A stretch of 64,000 nucleotides of DNA from a virus: UHGV virus genome UHGV-0222911. The stretch is one strand, 5' to 3'. Numbering within the stretch: position 1 is the first letter of the stretch; every line of letters starts with the position of its first letter. A model generated the notes under the pieces. The model was given only the letters and a program-made list of their open reading frames with translations. It did not search any database and was not told the DNA's origin. Positions 1 through 10,036 of the stretch are shown piece by piece. The position numbers and the translations under genes are program-made.

Positions 1-951
1 TCAATGTTAAAAATCTTTGTAGTTGGCTTACCAAATGGCTTGATTTCATATGTCTGCATCTCACCGTTACGTACCTGCTGACGATACTTTGTCTTAGGGT
101 ACTTGGTAATTCTCTTCAGTCCATCTGCGTGACCAAATGCTTCAACATACTCATTCCAAGCTTTTGCAAACTCTTCTCCAGTGACTTTACCTTTGGTCTT
201 AATAGTTGGAGGAAGATGTGGTTCAACTTCTGAAGCAAGCTCATTAGTCAACTTGTCAAGTTCCTTTACATGGAACTCCATAAGCTCTTTATCAGCTTTC
301 CAACCATTGATAGCTTGTTGACTCATCCAGAAAGATGTTTCTTTAGCTCGCATATAGGTTTCATAAGTGTCTATGCCACACTTCTTTAGCTTGAGATACT
401 CATTATCCAGTGCGCGTTTAGTTTTGGCGTTAATACGGATATCTTCCACAACACGAGTGAAGATTTCTGCATTCCACACACCCCAATGTTCAATCTCTGG
501 TTTACGGACACCAACACGAGCACCCCATGCAGCCAAGCCATGAGCACCTTTATAGCCTTTTGGAGTTGGTCTATCCATCCACTGAACACGAGACTGGATA
601 AGAGAATCCTGAAAGAAATTACTCCACGGCTTACACTTTGGATTATCAAAGTTCCATAAATCAGGTGCAATGTGATTGAAAACCCACCAGTCATAACCCA
701 GACCATTATGGATGCAAAGTCGTTTTGCCTTTAACGCAAACTCAATACCTTCACGCAAACCACCCTTGATGTACTTGGTGTATTTGTGACCGAGGATAGG
801 CTCATCTGTAAAGACCCATACAGGTGGCTCTTCATCGTCAGATTTATAGTCTGCGAAAGCCATTACGTGCACTTTAGTGAACTCAAGGAGTAAACCATCA
901 GTTTCTGTATCACCAACTAAATGTAAGTTTTTAAAATCTACGTTTTCCATT
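1..951 (-). CDS. DNA polymerase, family A (T7 gp5-like), N-terminal 3'-5' exonuclease domain; gene continues beyond window start
   Basis: Own translation of minus strand from ATG at 949-951 (MENVDFKNLHLVGDTETDGL...) stays open to position 1; Exo I-like VGDTETDG and Exo II-like HNGLGYDW motifs; absent from ORF track because truncated. Confidence 0.6.
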
Positions 952-1010
952 TTTACTCCCTCTAAAATCATTAACCTCATACATTACTGCAAAAAATTAT
1001 AAAAAGCAAG

Positions 1011-1075
1011 TTGACAATGTACTTGACAAGGTGTTAATCTTTGCGAAGTGGGTTTTTACTTAAAAGGTTACTTAA
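1011..1075 (+). promoter_or_regulatory. Conserved promoter/operator element with tandem TTGACAA boxes (copy 1)
   Basis: TTGACAATGTACTTGACAAGGTGT then ACTTAAAAGGTTAC; near-identical element at 46537-46600; sits at divergent junction between minus-strand polymerase and plus-strand genes. Confidence 0.4.
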
Positions 1076-1207
1076 CAGTTTAACTATACAGATACTTTAA
1101 AACTCTTAAAAGATTATTTAATAGCTTTTAAAAAGTTTTAAAGTATAACGTATAGAATACGTTAAGATAAAAGATTAAAACTTAATAGTTACTTAAAAGA
1201 GGCTTAC

Positions 1208-1630
1208 ATGCAGAAAATGTTTGTTCACCCAGACATAGCTGACTTTGTTAGAGCTTTGCAGAAGTTGGAAGAACTTGACATTGCTGCTCAACGGGAATAT
1301 GCTCACCATCACAGGAGAATGGTTGATATACAACATGAAATAGAGTTGTCTGAAAACTATGAAGATGACTTAAAATGCTCTGTATTTGAGCATATGAAAG
1401 ATGTTGCTACAGCTAGACGTAAAGCTAAAGACACAGTTGCTTTACTAGATTCTCTTAAAAAGAGGTTGCAAAGTGGTACAGACCTGTGTAATCTAGCATC
1501 ACTGATTAATGATGTTGAAACTTCTTGGGATAGACATTACTATCCACGTTCTGAAAAGACACTTGACTTTTCTTCATCCGAAAACTTAAAATGTTCTAGA
1601 AAGAAACTTAACCAACTGAGAGAGAAATAA
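1208..1630 (+). CDS. hypothetical protein
   Basis: 140 aa ORF, first gene after divergent promoter region; no recognisable motif. Confidence 0.4.
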   Translation: MQKMFVHPDIADFVRALQKLEELDIAAQREYAHHHRRMVDIQHEIELSENYEDDLKCSVFEHMKDVATARRKAKDTVALLDSLKKRLQSGTDLCNLASLINDVETSWDRHYYPRSEKTLDFSSSENLKCSRKKLNQLREK

Positions 1631-1631
1631 T

Positions 1632-2444
1632 ATGAATACTACTGTAGACCAGATGCTTGAAGAAAAAGGTATTGACGAAGCTTTCTTAATCAATGCCGTA
1701 GAAAGCATGGCTATGATTCTTCGTGGAAACAACTACACAGAACAGTTTATGCCTGCAAGCTATAACCTGCCTAAAGACAAGTCTGATAACGGTGCTTTTG
1801 CAGAACAGGTTAATATGATGCTGTGTGACAAAACACTTGCTTTAGCATCTATTGTTGTAGGTGTTGATGCTCTTGCAGAGTTCATTTTTTATGAGATGCA
1901 GAAAAATGACTATATTGCCATGACCTCTGAAGAAAAAGACTCACTATTGCTCTTAGATAATAATGAGCTAGTTGACCTGTTAATTTCGTCAACGAGTGCT
2001 GTTATGGCTGCTCTTGAGAAGCGCATGGAAGAGAAGCTGTCACGATATGAAAAACTTGATTGGGGTGTAGAAGAGTTAAACCCACGAATCAAAGAGATTA
2101 TCCAGCAAACTAAAGATTCTTTAGAAGAAGCTGTGAAAGATGATTCTGTAGCTGATGTAGAACCACTACAGGTGAAGGTTGCTCTGATGATTCCAGCTAT
2201 TTCTACAATGATGAATATCGTTGCACTAATCCAACTTTCTCAGATGTTGGGAGTAACCATTGAGTTCGTTGAGGAAATGACTGGCGGTGTGAGTATGCAA
2301 GCAATCAATGATGTTTTGGTAAGCATCGGTGCTTCAATCATTGAAGAGAAGCTTCGCATTAACTTCGGTGATGATTTTGTTAAGCAAATCTCAGCTATGG
2401 CTGAAAAAGAACACTCACAGATTAATACTGACCAACTGCACTAA
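1632..2444 (+). CDS. hypothetical protein
   Basis: 270 aa ORF, start 2 nt after previous stop; no recognisable motif. Confidence 0.45.
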   Translation: MNTTVDQMLEEKGIDEAFLINAVESMAMILRGNNYTEQFMPASYNLPKDKSDNGAFAEQVNMMLCDKTLALASIVVGVDALAEFIFYEMQKNDYIAMTSEEKDSLLLLDNNELVDLLISSTSAVMAALEKRMEEKLSRYEKLDWGVEELNPRIKEIIQQTKDSLEEAVKDDSVADVEPLQVKVALMIPAISTMMNIVALIQLSQMLGVTIEFVEEMTGGVSMQAINDVLVSIGASIIEEKLRINFGDDFVKQISAMAEKEHSQINTDQLH

Positions 2445-2506
2445 GTCTTTATAAAAACTTACAAGCCTCCTTAGTTGGGGGCTTTTTAGTAATTAAGGGA
2501 GATAGA

Positions 2507-3250
2507 ATGAGTAATATTATCGCATTTACTGGAAAGGCACGTTCTGGAAAAGACACCTCATGTTCTATTGTTAAGAATATTCTAGAAGATGAGTATGGCT
2601 ACAATGTTGCAGTAATGGCCTATGCAGACAACCTTAAACTCTCTGCATCAAGGATATTTGACTTGACTTGGAATGACCTGTACGGTGAAACTAAAGAGAC
2701 TCCACAGGTTTTTGATTTATCATACTCTGAACTGATGTTCAAGGTCACAGAAGCTATGGAGTTTACCTTCAGAGGTGAACGTTATCATACGGACTTCAAA
2801 CTCATGTCAGAGTTAACCGGACGATTAATTATGGAACTGAAGAAGGTTGCTAAACCGACTCTATTAACACGTCTGGGATTTAGTAAAAAGTATAAATTTT
2901 CATCAAGACAGATTCAACAGATTTGGGGCACTGAAGTTATCCGTAAAGTTATGGGTGACAAATTCTGGGCTAAAGACCTCGAAAAACGAATGGCAAATTT
3001 CTTTGACGTTTGCTCACTTAAGAATCAAGATGGTGTTGTTTTAATCAGTGACTTAAGGTTTGACTCTGAAGCTGAGTGGTTGAGCAGATTTGCACACCAA
3101 ATTATTGAAGTAAAAAGAGACAATGTGGATAAGGTTTCGTCACATGTTTCAGAAAATGGGATTTCTACCAAATATGCGCGTGACATTATTCATAATAATG
3201 GTACTCTTGCAGACCTTGAAAGCAAGCTAAGAGCTATCCTGAAAATTTAA
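2507..3250 (+). CDS. P-loop nucleotide kinase, deoxynucleoside monophosphate kinase-like
   Basis: N-terminal Walker A AFTGKARSGKDT, 247 aa; resembles phage dNMP kinase N-termini (recalled); RBS AGGGAGA upstream. Confidence 0.5.
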   Translation: MSNIIAFTGKARSGKDTSCSIVKNILEDEYGYNVAVMAYADNLKLSASRIFDLTWNDLYGETKETPQVFDLSYSELMFKVTEAMEFTFRGERYHTDFKLMSELTGRLIMELKKVAKPTLLTRLGFSKKYKFSSRQIQQIWGTEVIRKVMGDKFWAKDLEKRMANFFDVCSLKNQDGVVLISDLRFDSEAEWLSRFAHQIIEVKRDNVDKVSSHVSENGISTKYARDIIHNNGTLADLESKLRAILKI

Positions 3251-3258
3251 AAGAGAGA

Positions 3259-3459
3259 ATGAAGATGAGAGTAAAAGATAATTTTAAAGTTATTGACCAT
3301 CGTTTAGTGGAACTCTCATCTCTTTCCAATGAGGTAATGATTGAACGTCTTAAAAGAGTTGAATCACGAAGGAAAGAGATTGCAGATGAGATTCATGAAC
3401 TTGACAAGATTGAAAATGGATTGAAGGCAGAACTACAACGAAGAGGTGCTAATGTCTAA
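3259..3459 (+). CDS. hypothetical protein
   Basis: 66 aa ORF, overlaps primase-helicase start by 14 nt. Confidence 0.3.
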   Translation: MKMRVKDNFKVIDHRLVELSSLSNEVMIERLKRVESRRKEIADEIHELDKIENGLKAELQRRGANV

Positions 3460-5437
3460 AGGTCGTAAATTGAAAGAGGCTGGTCAGTTTGTTGGTCATT
3501 GCGCATGTCCACGTTGTGGTTCATCAGATGCTGGTTCAATCTACCACCATGACGATGATTCATATTCGATGACTTGCTTTAGTTGTAATAAAGGTTTTCC
3601 AGAGTGGGATTTTGATAAAGGACAAATTGTGAGCACTTATTCTACTGGTTCAGATAATAAAAACCGTACTTTCCGTGGAATGGATTTAGACGATGTAAAA
3701 GAAAACCTTGAAGCAATGGACTTGAAAGACAGGAAGATTCCTGCAAAAGTTCTTGAGCGTCTCGGTATCAAGGTTGACATTGACAGTGACGGTGAAATTG
3801 ATGCACATTTCTATCCGACTTACAAACGTAATGAAGATGGCAAACTAGAACATGTCGGCTACCGTGTTCGTCACCGTTACCCAGAAGACCATCCAAAAGA
3901 ACACCTACGTGGTAAGCTAAAAGACTTCTCAGGTGGTGTTGGAGACATTAAAGGTGAACTGGCAATGTTCGGTTCATGGATTGCTCCAGAAGGTGGTAAC
4001 CGTCTATTCATCTGGGAAGGTGAGATGGAATGTGCGACAGCAATCTATATGACTTCTCTTGCGATTAAGGACAAGTCTCGTCGTAAGAATTACTGTCACG
4101 TATCTGTTCCATCGGGTGCAAACATTAAGTCTATCAAAGACAACTATCAGTACATCACATCATTTGATGAGATTTACTTGTGCTTTGATAACGATGAAGC
4201 AGGTGCTAAAGCTACCAAAGAGGCTGCTGGTATCTTACCTATTGAGAAGGTTCGTTTGTTCCAGTATCCAGAAGGTGTAAAAGACCTTAATGAATGGTGG
4301 ACAAAGTTCTATAAAGAGAAAGATACAGTTCTGGAAGGATTTAAGCAGCGTATCTACAACGCACCTCGTTATTGCCCTGCTGGTATCAAGAACTTTGCAG
4401 ATGGTTTTGAGGCAATGAAGAATCGTGGTCAGATTCCTTTGATTCCTTTCCCAGAATCTTTCGGGGATTTGAACAGACTAACTTACGGTGGTTATGGTTT
4501 AGGAGAGATTACAACTCTGGCAGCACCATCTTCAGTAGGTAAATCAGCTTACACTCGTGAGATGATTTACACTGCTTGGAAAGAAACTGATTATAATATC
4601 GGTGTAATTCCTGTAGAAGATACTTACGAAGAGCTTATGGAAATGCTCTGTGCAATCCACCTGAGCAAGCAGATTTCTGAGATTCCTTATGACGAACGTG
4701 ATTGGGATGAACTAAAAGGGGCACACGCCGAGCTTTCAAAAGGTCGTCGCATCCATATCGTTGACCATCAAGGGGCAATTGACCAAGATAACCTGCTGGA
4801 GTTTGTTGACTATCTTGTTAATAGTTTAGACTGTAAGATTATCATTCTTGACCCTATTACGTTGGCTCTGTCACGTTCTGATACGGATGAAGAGGAAGTC
4901 TTGTCTGAACTACTGCGTCGTTGCAAACGCTACCAGTATGCACAGGTGAACGTCTGTCACGTTCGTAAGAGTGCAGGTGGTCAGAAAGCTAACTCTGAAG
5001 GTGGAGATATCTCTGAAGAGGACATTAAAGGTTCTGGTGCGTATTTCCAGATTTCCATGAACAACATTCTGTTAATGCGTAACAAGGTTGACCCAGACCC
5101 TGTTAAGAAAAACTTGACAAAAATCAAGTTAACTAAGTGTCGTCGTCATGGTAAGTCAACAGGTATTGCTGGTCATACTTGGTACAATCCAGACACAGGA
5201 CGTCTTATCAAAGCTTCTGGATGTGGTGTTGACATTGATGGTGCAGCAGAAAATATCCGTCAACAGTTTGGTATTGGTGAAGCTGAAGACCATTATGACG
5301 ACTCTTTACCTCATTATGAGGATGAAGTGTTTGACCGTGAGACTGGTGAAGTCTATACTGAAGAACAGCGTCAAAGCTCAATGATTCCACCTGTATTAAG
5401 CGAGGATGCAGATGACTGCCCATTCGAAACTGAGTGA
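3446..5437 (+). CDS. bifunctional primase-helicase (T7 gp4-like)
   Basis: Zinc-ribbon CPRCGSSD...CFSCNKG at N-terminus; Toprim-like LCFDNDEAG; Walker A LAAPSSVGKSAY, Walker B IIILDPIT, arginine finger region CHVRK; 663 aa. Confidence 0.8.
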   Translation: MLMSKGRKLKEAGQFVGHCACPRCGSSDAGSIYHHDDDSYSMTCFSCNKGFPEWDFDKGQIVSTYSTGSDNKNRTFRGMDLDDVKENLEAMDLKDRKIPAKVLERLGIKVDIDSDGEIDAHFYPTYKRNEDGKLEHVGYRVRHRYPEDHPKEHLRGKLKDFSGGVGDIKGELAMFGSWIAPEGGNRLFIWEGEMECATAIYMTSLAIKDKSRRKNYCHVSVPSGANIKSIKDNYQYITSFDEIYLCFDNDEAGAKATKEAAGILPIEKVRLFQYPEGVKDLNEWWTKFYKEKDTVLEGFKQRIYNAPRYCPAGIKNFADGFEAMKNRGQIPLIPFPESFGDLNRLTYGGYGLGEITTLAAPSSVGKSAYTREMIYTAWKETDYNIGVIPVEDTYEELMEMLCAIHLSKQISEIPYDERDWDELKGAHAELSKGRRIHIVDHQGAIDQDNLLEFVDYLVNSLDCKIIILDPITLALSRSDTDEEEVLSELLRRCKRYQYAQVNVCHVRKSAGGQKANSEGGDISEEDIKGSGAYFQISMNNILLMRNKVDPDPVKKNLTKIKLTKCRRHGKSTGIAGHTWYNPDTGRLIKASGCGVDIDGAAENIRQQFGIGEAEDHYDDSLPHYEDEVFDRETGEVYTEEQRQSSMIPPVLSEDADDCPFETE

Positions 5438-5543
5438 TAGTTATAAAAGAGAGGGGTTTATACCCTTCTTTGAAGAAAAAAGTTTAAATGAATTTCAGGA
5501 AGAGTGTTTGACAAAGGTTGATAGGTTCTATAGAATGCTCTAC

Positions 5544-5693
5544 ATGAAATGTGATGGAGGCGTTGAGGTAGAAGAAAAGTTCCATCACAGCATAATCACA
5601 GTCACTATTACTATACCTAAACATAATATTGGTTGGCTGTTTGTAATAAAAGAAAATGTGTTTGAATATCAAGTATATCGGAGAATATCATGA
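5544..5693 (+). CDS. hypothetical small protein
   Basis: ATG after a TTGACA-17bp-TATAGA promoter-like site at 5509-5535; the track ORF 5406..5693 overlaps the primase 3' end, so trimmed to the internal ATG. Confidence 0.25.
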   Translation: MKCDGGVEVEEKFHHSIITVTITIPKHNIGWLFVIKENVFEYQVYRRIS

Positions 5694-5838
5694 AACACTC
5701 TAAAGCATTTGAAAAAGTTTTTGGGGATTCCTTAAAAGCCACTGCTGGAAAACCAGCAAAATACTATGAAGAGAAGCGTGTAAGAACTGGAAAAACTGCA
5801 CGTAAAGCAGCTTCTAAAGATAAGCACAACTTCCAGTA
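5690..5838 (+). CDS. hypothetical small basic protein (49 aa)
   Basis: ATGA start-stop overlap with upstream ORF; MKHSKAFEKVFGDSLKATAGKPAKYYEEKR...; below ORF-track length cutoff. Confidence 0.25.
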
Positions 5839-5911
5839 ATTAATGTTTGACAATAGAGTATCAACAAATTAGAATTGGTACTCTTCATAAATTGAGATAG
5901 AGGTTTAAATA

Positions 5912-6769
5912 ATGTCTAAAGTTGTTAAAATGAAAGCTCCGGTAGAGAAGTACAATGGTACTGAACGTCAAACTCTGCGTTACCTTCTGAAAGATGTTTG
6001 GTTTTATTACCTGAACACTTCACCACGTCCGGGGAAAGGTAAATCCATTGATAAGAAATTCCCAGGCAAAGACTGTAACTACAGTGTTTCAATTCTGGCA
6101 GAAGATGGTAACAAACTGTTTAAAGAGTTTACTAAGTCTAAGAAAAACCCAGAAGGTTGGGATAAAGTTACTACTGAAGCAGTTGATGCAGATGACTTCG
6201 AAGAGAAGTTTGGTTGCAAACCACCATTTGAAGCAGACACTTACTACATCTTGAAAGTAAGTCGTGCAGCAGCTTATAAAGATGGTGCTGTGTGGACAGC
6301 TAAACAGTCATTCCCTGTAATGCTGATTGAAGAAGTAAATGGTAAGCGTGTAGCTGTTAAACAGCCGATGAAGAAAATCAAAGCTCAAGCATCTGACAAA
6401 CATGAAGATGACAAGAACTATGATGTAATTCATCCAGATATTGCAGTCGGTAATGGTTCTTTTGGTAGTGTGATTCTTTCTACTCACTTCTACACTTTTG
6501 AGAACAATGTCCTGACAAAACCTATTCAGGAACAGTTTATCATTGACACCCTTGTACCTTACACTGGTGGTAACGGTGCTAACGGTGAACCTGAACTGGA
6601 TGAAGACGAACTGGCTATGCTTGGTCTTGACGGCGTTGAAGATAACGGCGAAATCACTGAAGAAGATGCAAAAGACCACAAACCTTCGAATGATTCTGAT
6701 GATGGTGACGATGAAGACTTGCCAGACCCAGACGACGAAGAAGATGAAGACTTCGATACAGAAGACTAA
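5912..6769 (+). CDS. putative single-stranded DNA-binding protein (gp2.5-like) with acidic C-terminal tail
   Basis: 285 aa; C-terminus DDGDDEDLPDPDDEEDEDFDTED (acidic tail with aromatic residue as in T7-type SSBs); sits between helicase and exonuclease; TTGACA/TAGAAT promoter-like upstream. Confidence 0.4.
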   Translation: MSKVVKMKAPVEKYNGTERQTLRYLLKDVWFYYLNTSPRPGKGKSIDKKFPGKDCNYSVSILAEDGNKLFKEFTKSKKNPEGWDKVTTEAVDADDFEEKFGCKPPFEADTYYILKVSRAAAYKDGAVWTAKQSFPVMLIEEVNGKRVAVKQPMKKIKAQASDKHEDDKNYDVIHPDIAVGNGSFGSVILSTHFYTFENNVLTKPIQEQFIIDTLVPYTGGNGANGEPELDEDELAMLGLDGVEDNGEITEEDAKDHKPSNDSDDGDDEDLPDPDDEEDEDFDTED

Positions 6770-6832
6770 TCTTTAAAAAGTTACTTTAAAGCCCTGTACT
6801 TAGTATGGGGCTTTTTCATATGGAGAGTCACA

Positions 6833-7873
6833 ATGGAGAAGTACACGCTAACAAAACTTCCCGATTCAGTTACACATGTCTTTATTGACTCTGATAGTAT
6901 TGCCTATAAAGGTGCTTGTGTAGTTGAGAAAGCAAAATATAAGTATGTCAATAAACTCACAGCAGAAGAATCTGAACCATTTGATAATGCAAAAGATGCG
7001 GCAAGATGGTTAGCAGACCAGAGAATCCTTGTGGAAGAACTTGGCCTGACATTTGATGAAGATGAATGGGAAAGACAGACTTGGAAAGAAGCTAAGAGTG
7101 AAAAAGAAGCTATCATGGCTACTCAGCAGGTTCTTCAGGAATGGCTTAAGGTTGTTGGTAAAGAAAGAACTTGGGTAGGTTACTTAACAGAGAAGGGTGT
7201 ACATAAACATAAAGACATTAAAGGTCTTGAGCACCAATATCAAGGTAACCGTAAAGAGGCTGTCACACCAACACACTTAGTTGCTTGTCGCGAATATCTT
7301 CTGTCAAGACCAGAGTTTAAACTCTTAAAGGGTGGCTTCGAAGCCGATTCCATCGTAATTGCTAAAGCTGAAAAGATGGGTAAGAAGGCTGCTCTTATGA
7401 GTATTGACAAAGACCTTCGACAAGCTGAAGGTACTTATTGTATTGATATGACTTATGAAAAGTCACCACTAATTTTTATTGCTGACAATAATGTTGGTGA
7501 TATCTGGGATTGTCCTATCAAATCAAAACCAAAAGCTGCAAAAACAGTTGGTGTAGGTTTTAAATTTTTGTGTTATCAGGCTGTTGCTGGAGATAATGCA
7601 GACAACTACTTCGGCCTTAAAGGTGCTGGAAAAGTAGCTGTGATGAATGCTTTAGAGGGTAAAGAGACCTATAAAGAGTGTCTTGATGCTATCTATGAAC
7701 TCTATGCTAAAAAAGAGTCTTACACCTATGTGTCATGGGATGGACAGACTGTTACCAAAACACCATTAGAGTTAATGGAACAACATTTCTGGATAGCATA
7801 TCAAGAGAGAAATCCAAAAGATAATTTCTCTTTTAAGAAATATAATTGGGAGCCGTGTATGAATGAAGATTAA
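6833..7873 (+). CDS. 5'-3' exonuclease (T7 gp6-like / FEN-like)
   Basis: 346 aa; N-terminal VFIDSDSIAYKGA and central SIDKDLRQ...DNADNYFGLKGAGKV resemble gp6 exonuclease motifs (recalled); terminator-like hairpin precedes gene. Confidence 0.55.
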   Translation: MEKYTLTKLPDSVTHVFIDSDSIAYKGACVVEKAKYKYVNKLTAEESEPFDNAKDAARWLADQRILVEELGLTFDEDEWERQTWKEAKSEKEAIMATQQVLQEWLKVVGKERTWVGYLTEKGVHKHKDIKGLEHQYQGNRKEAVTPTHLVACREYLLSRPEFKLLKGGFEADSIVIAKAEKMGKKAALMSIDKDLRQAEGTYCIDMTYEKSPLIFIADNNVGDIWDCPIKSKPKAAKTVGVGFKFLCYQAVAGDNADNYFGLKGAGKVAVMNALEGKETYKECLDAIYELYAKKESYTYVSWDGQTVTKTPLELMEQHFWIAYQERNPKDNFSFKKYNWEPCMNED

Positions 7874-8360
7874 AGGATTTGGCAATTGTCCCACCTATGG
7901 TCATTGGGTATCTTTGTGTGGGGAAGTTGACCCCACTAAACATTTTGGTTTTGTCTATTTAGTATACTGTAAGAAAACCGGACAATATTATATCGGAAAG
8001 AAACAACTTAATAGTGTGACCAAAAGAAAAGTTGCTGGCAAGACTCGGAAGAAGGTAGTCACTAAGGAAAGTGATTGGATGACTTATGAGACTTCTTCTG
8101 AGTATATTAAAAAAGATATTGAGAGCTTTGGAAAAGAATTTTTTGACTTTTACATTATCCAGACCTACTGCACAAAAGGTGGGCTAGTTTATGGTGAAGC
8201 AAACCTTCAACATAAATTCGATGTAATGACAAAAAGGATTGACTCTAAGCTCAGACTCTTCTACAATGCCAATATTGCAGCAATTAAGTTTATTACTAAA
8301 GAAACTTATGAAGATGCTGAAAAAAGAATCCATAAGGTAATGAAAGCAAATTGTGCTTGA
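7863..8360 (+). CDS. GIY-YIG-like protein (possible homing endonuclease)
   Basis: FVYLVYCKKTGQYYIGKK matches GIY-(10)-YIG spacing; 165 aa. Confidence 0.3.
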   Translation: MKIKGFGNCPTYGHWVSLCGEVDPTKHFGFVYLVYCKKTGQYYIGKKQLNSVTKRKVAGKTRKKVVTKESDWMTYETSSEYIKKDIESFGKEFFDFYIIQTYCTKGGLVYGEANLQHKFDVMTKRIDSKLRLFYNANIAAIKFITKETYEDAEKRIHKVMKANCA

Positions 8361-8366
8361 TAACTA

Positions 8367-8630
8367 TTGAGAGAGAATAAAATGTTTAACAAAAGTAAAG
8401 CTGTGAGTCATGTAGCAAAAGTTGACAGCAAGATTGAAGAACTTGGGCGCATTCTTGCAAATGCCAGAGAGTCAATAATTAGAGAAGTTGAAGCTGTTGA
8501 ATCTCAAATGCAGCACCTAATGCTTAAACGTCAAGAGCTACGTGAGCATCTGGAATATATTGAAACACGAGAGCTAAAGGTTAACAGATATTTTAAGGAG
8601 TCCAAATGTTTAACTCAAGAGAATCAGTAA
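8367..8630 (+). CDS. hypothetical protein
   Basis: 87 aa, coiled-coil-like composition. Confidence 0.3.
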   Translation: MRENKMFNKSKAVSHVAKVDSKIEELGRILANARESIIREVEAVESQMQHLMLKRQELREHLEYIETRELKVNRYFKESKCLTQENQ

Positions 8631-9361
8631 AAAACTGGAATCTTCGTTGTGGGAACACTCAAAAGCAACCTTACAGTAATGAGTATTGGGAATCTTTGAA
8701 ATCTCAATCTCTATGTATGCTTGAAGAAGCAAAAGAGCTTGTAAAAGCAATTGAAGAGAAAGACCCCATTGAGACACTTGATGCTCAGGCAGATTTGCAA
8801 TATGTCCTTGACGGTTTGATTTACCTGTCACAACATGACCATAATGGTGCTATGGAAGCTGTTTGCCATAATAATGACCTGAAGTATACAGACGACTATG
8901 AAGAAGCTTTAAAGCGTCTTGCAGATATTGAGAAGCGTACTGGTCAAGAGTGTATCATCAGAATGTCAGTAGTTGATGGTAAAGAGTGGTATGCGATTGT
9001 TCGTGCAGCCGATGGGAAGATTATGAAGCAATCAAATCTCCCTAAAGTACAGCTTGGTGAATACATTGTAGAGCTTGAAAGCCAAGAACTTTTTGTGGTA
9101 GTATCTGAGACATGCGTTATCTGCAAAGGTATTGTATGTAGCTTAAAGGATTTGGGTGTAGATGGTTTTGTAGAAGTTAATCCAATTACCTCTAAAGCAG
9201 ATAAAGATTTCTGTAAAGAGAATGGACTATGGATTGCAGATATTGTCTACTATGATGGTGAGCAGTTCCATGTAACCTCATACCCGAAACTGAATTATGA
9301 TGCTAATAACCTGAAGTGCTGGTTAAAAGGGGTTGGTTATAATGGATTCACAGAACATTAA
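8606..9361 (+). CDS. hypothetical protein with MazG-like NTP pyrophosphohydrolase N-terminal domain
   Basis: LEEAKELVKAIEEKDPIETLDAQADLQYVLDGL resembles the MazG/HisE EExxE...D motif pair; 251 aa. Confidence 0.3.
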   Translation: MFNSRESVKNWNLRCGNTQKQPYSNEYWESLKSQSLCMLEEAKELVKAIEEKDPIETLDAQADLQYVLDGLIYLSQHDHNGAMEAVCHNNDLKYTDDYEEALKRLADIEKRTGQECIIRMSVVDGKEWYAIVRAADGKIMKQSNLPKVQLGEYIVELESQELFVVVSETCVICKGIVCSLKDLGVDGFVEVNPITSKADKDFCKENGLWIADIVYYDGEQFHVTSYPKLNYDANNLKCWLKGVGYNGFTEH

Positions 9362-9665
9362 TAAAGAAGGTGTGGCTCAGAAGAGCCACTTCTCAAACTA
9401 CAATATTTCTATGACGGTGTTTATGAATGACCCGTTACTTGAGAAGTATGGTGAGACTCCAGATACACTTCTGGATAATGAACAAGTTTTAAAAGCAGTC
9501 CTGTACAAATACGGGATTGATATTGAGAAAGAGTATTCTTTTGAAATCTGTCAACACAGGAATACTTTTGGTAAAGTTGTAATGGCTCCACTCTTCATGG
9601 GTGTAGAAAGAACTGACTATGGTTGGTTATATCTAAAAAGAAACTTGGAGAAATACCGTGTCTAA
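9333..9665 (+). CDS. hypothetical protein
   Basis: 110 aa ORF in compact same-strand array. Confidence 0.3.
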   Translation: MVIMDSQNINKEGVAQKSHFSNYNISMTVFMNDPLLEKYGETPDTLLDNEQVLKAVLYKYGIDIEKEYSFEICQHRNTFGKVVMAPLFMGVERTDYGWLYLKRNLEKYRV

Positions 9666-9990
9666 AGCAAAAAAGTTATCTTATGATGACATTATCTCAG
9701 GTGCTAAACTAGGTGTTGATAGTATCGGACAAGATGTTAAGCACGGAGACACAGTTATGTACTGTGACGACCGAAGAGGCAGAAGTGCAATCTTGTTTGG
9801 AAGAGTTGTTTGCAAGATGCGAGGTAATTACGTTGTTGAAGACATGAATGTGGATGTCACAAAACAGCTTGAAATAATTATGAATAGTAATATATCATGG
9901 TTCGTCAATTGTATGCACACTTCGTCAGTCACAAAGGTAAGTGATAAGTTTTACGATATGTGGCAGAATGAGCAAATTTTCAAGATTTAA
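9658..9990 (+). CDS. hypothetical protein
   Basis: 110 aa ORF; followed by hairpin terminator at 9996-10020. Confidence 0.3.
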   Translation: MSKAKKLSYDDIISGAKLGVDSIGQDVKHGDTVMYCDDRRGRSAILFGRVVCKMRGNYVVEDMNVDVTKQLEIIMNSNISWFVNCMHTSSVTKVSDKFYDMWQNEQIFKI

Positions 9991-9995
9991 ACTAG

Positions 9996-10020
9996 GGAGC
10001 CTCTTCGGAGGCTCTTCTCA
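9996..10020 (+). terminator. rho-independent terminator-like hairpin
   Basis: GGAGCCTC-TTCG-GAGGCTC followed by TTCTC. Confidence 0.45.
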
Positions 10021-10036
10021 TCTGTAGGATTCAAAA

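Noticed and set aside
386-706. Track ORF (106 aa, minus strand) inside the polymerase region
   Set aside because: It lies in a different frame from the long uninterrupted minus-strand polymerase reading frame (949 down to 1) that carries the exonuclease motifs; treated as a spurious overlapping ORF.
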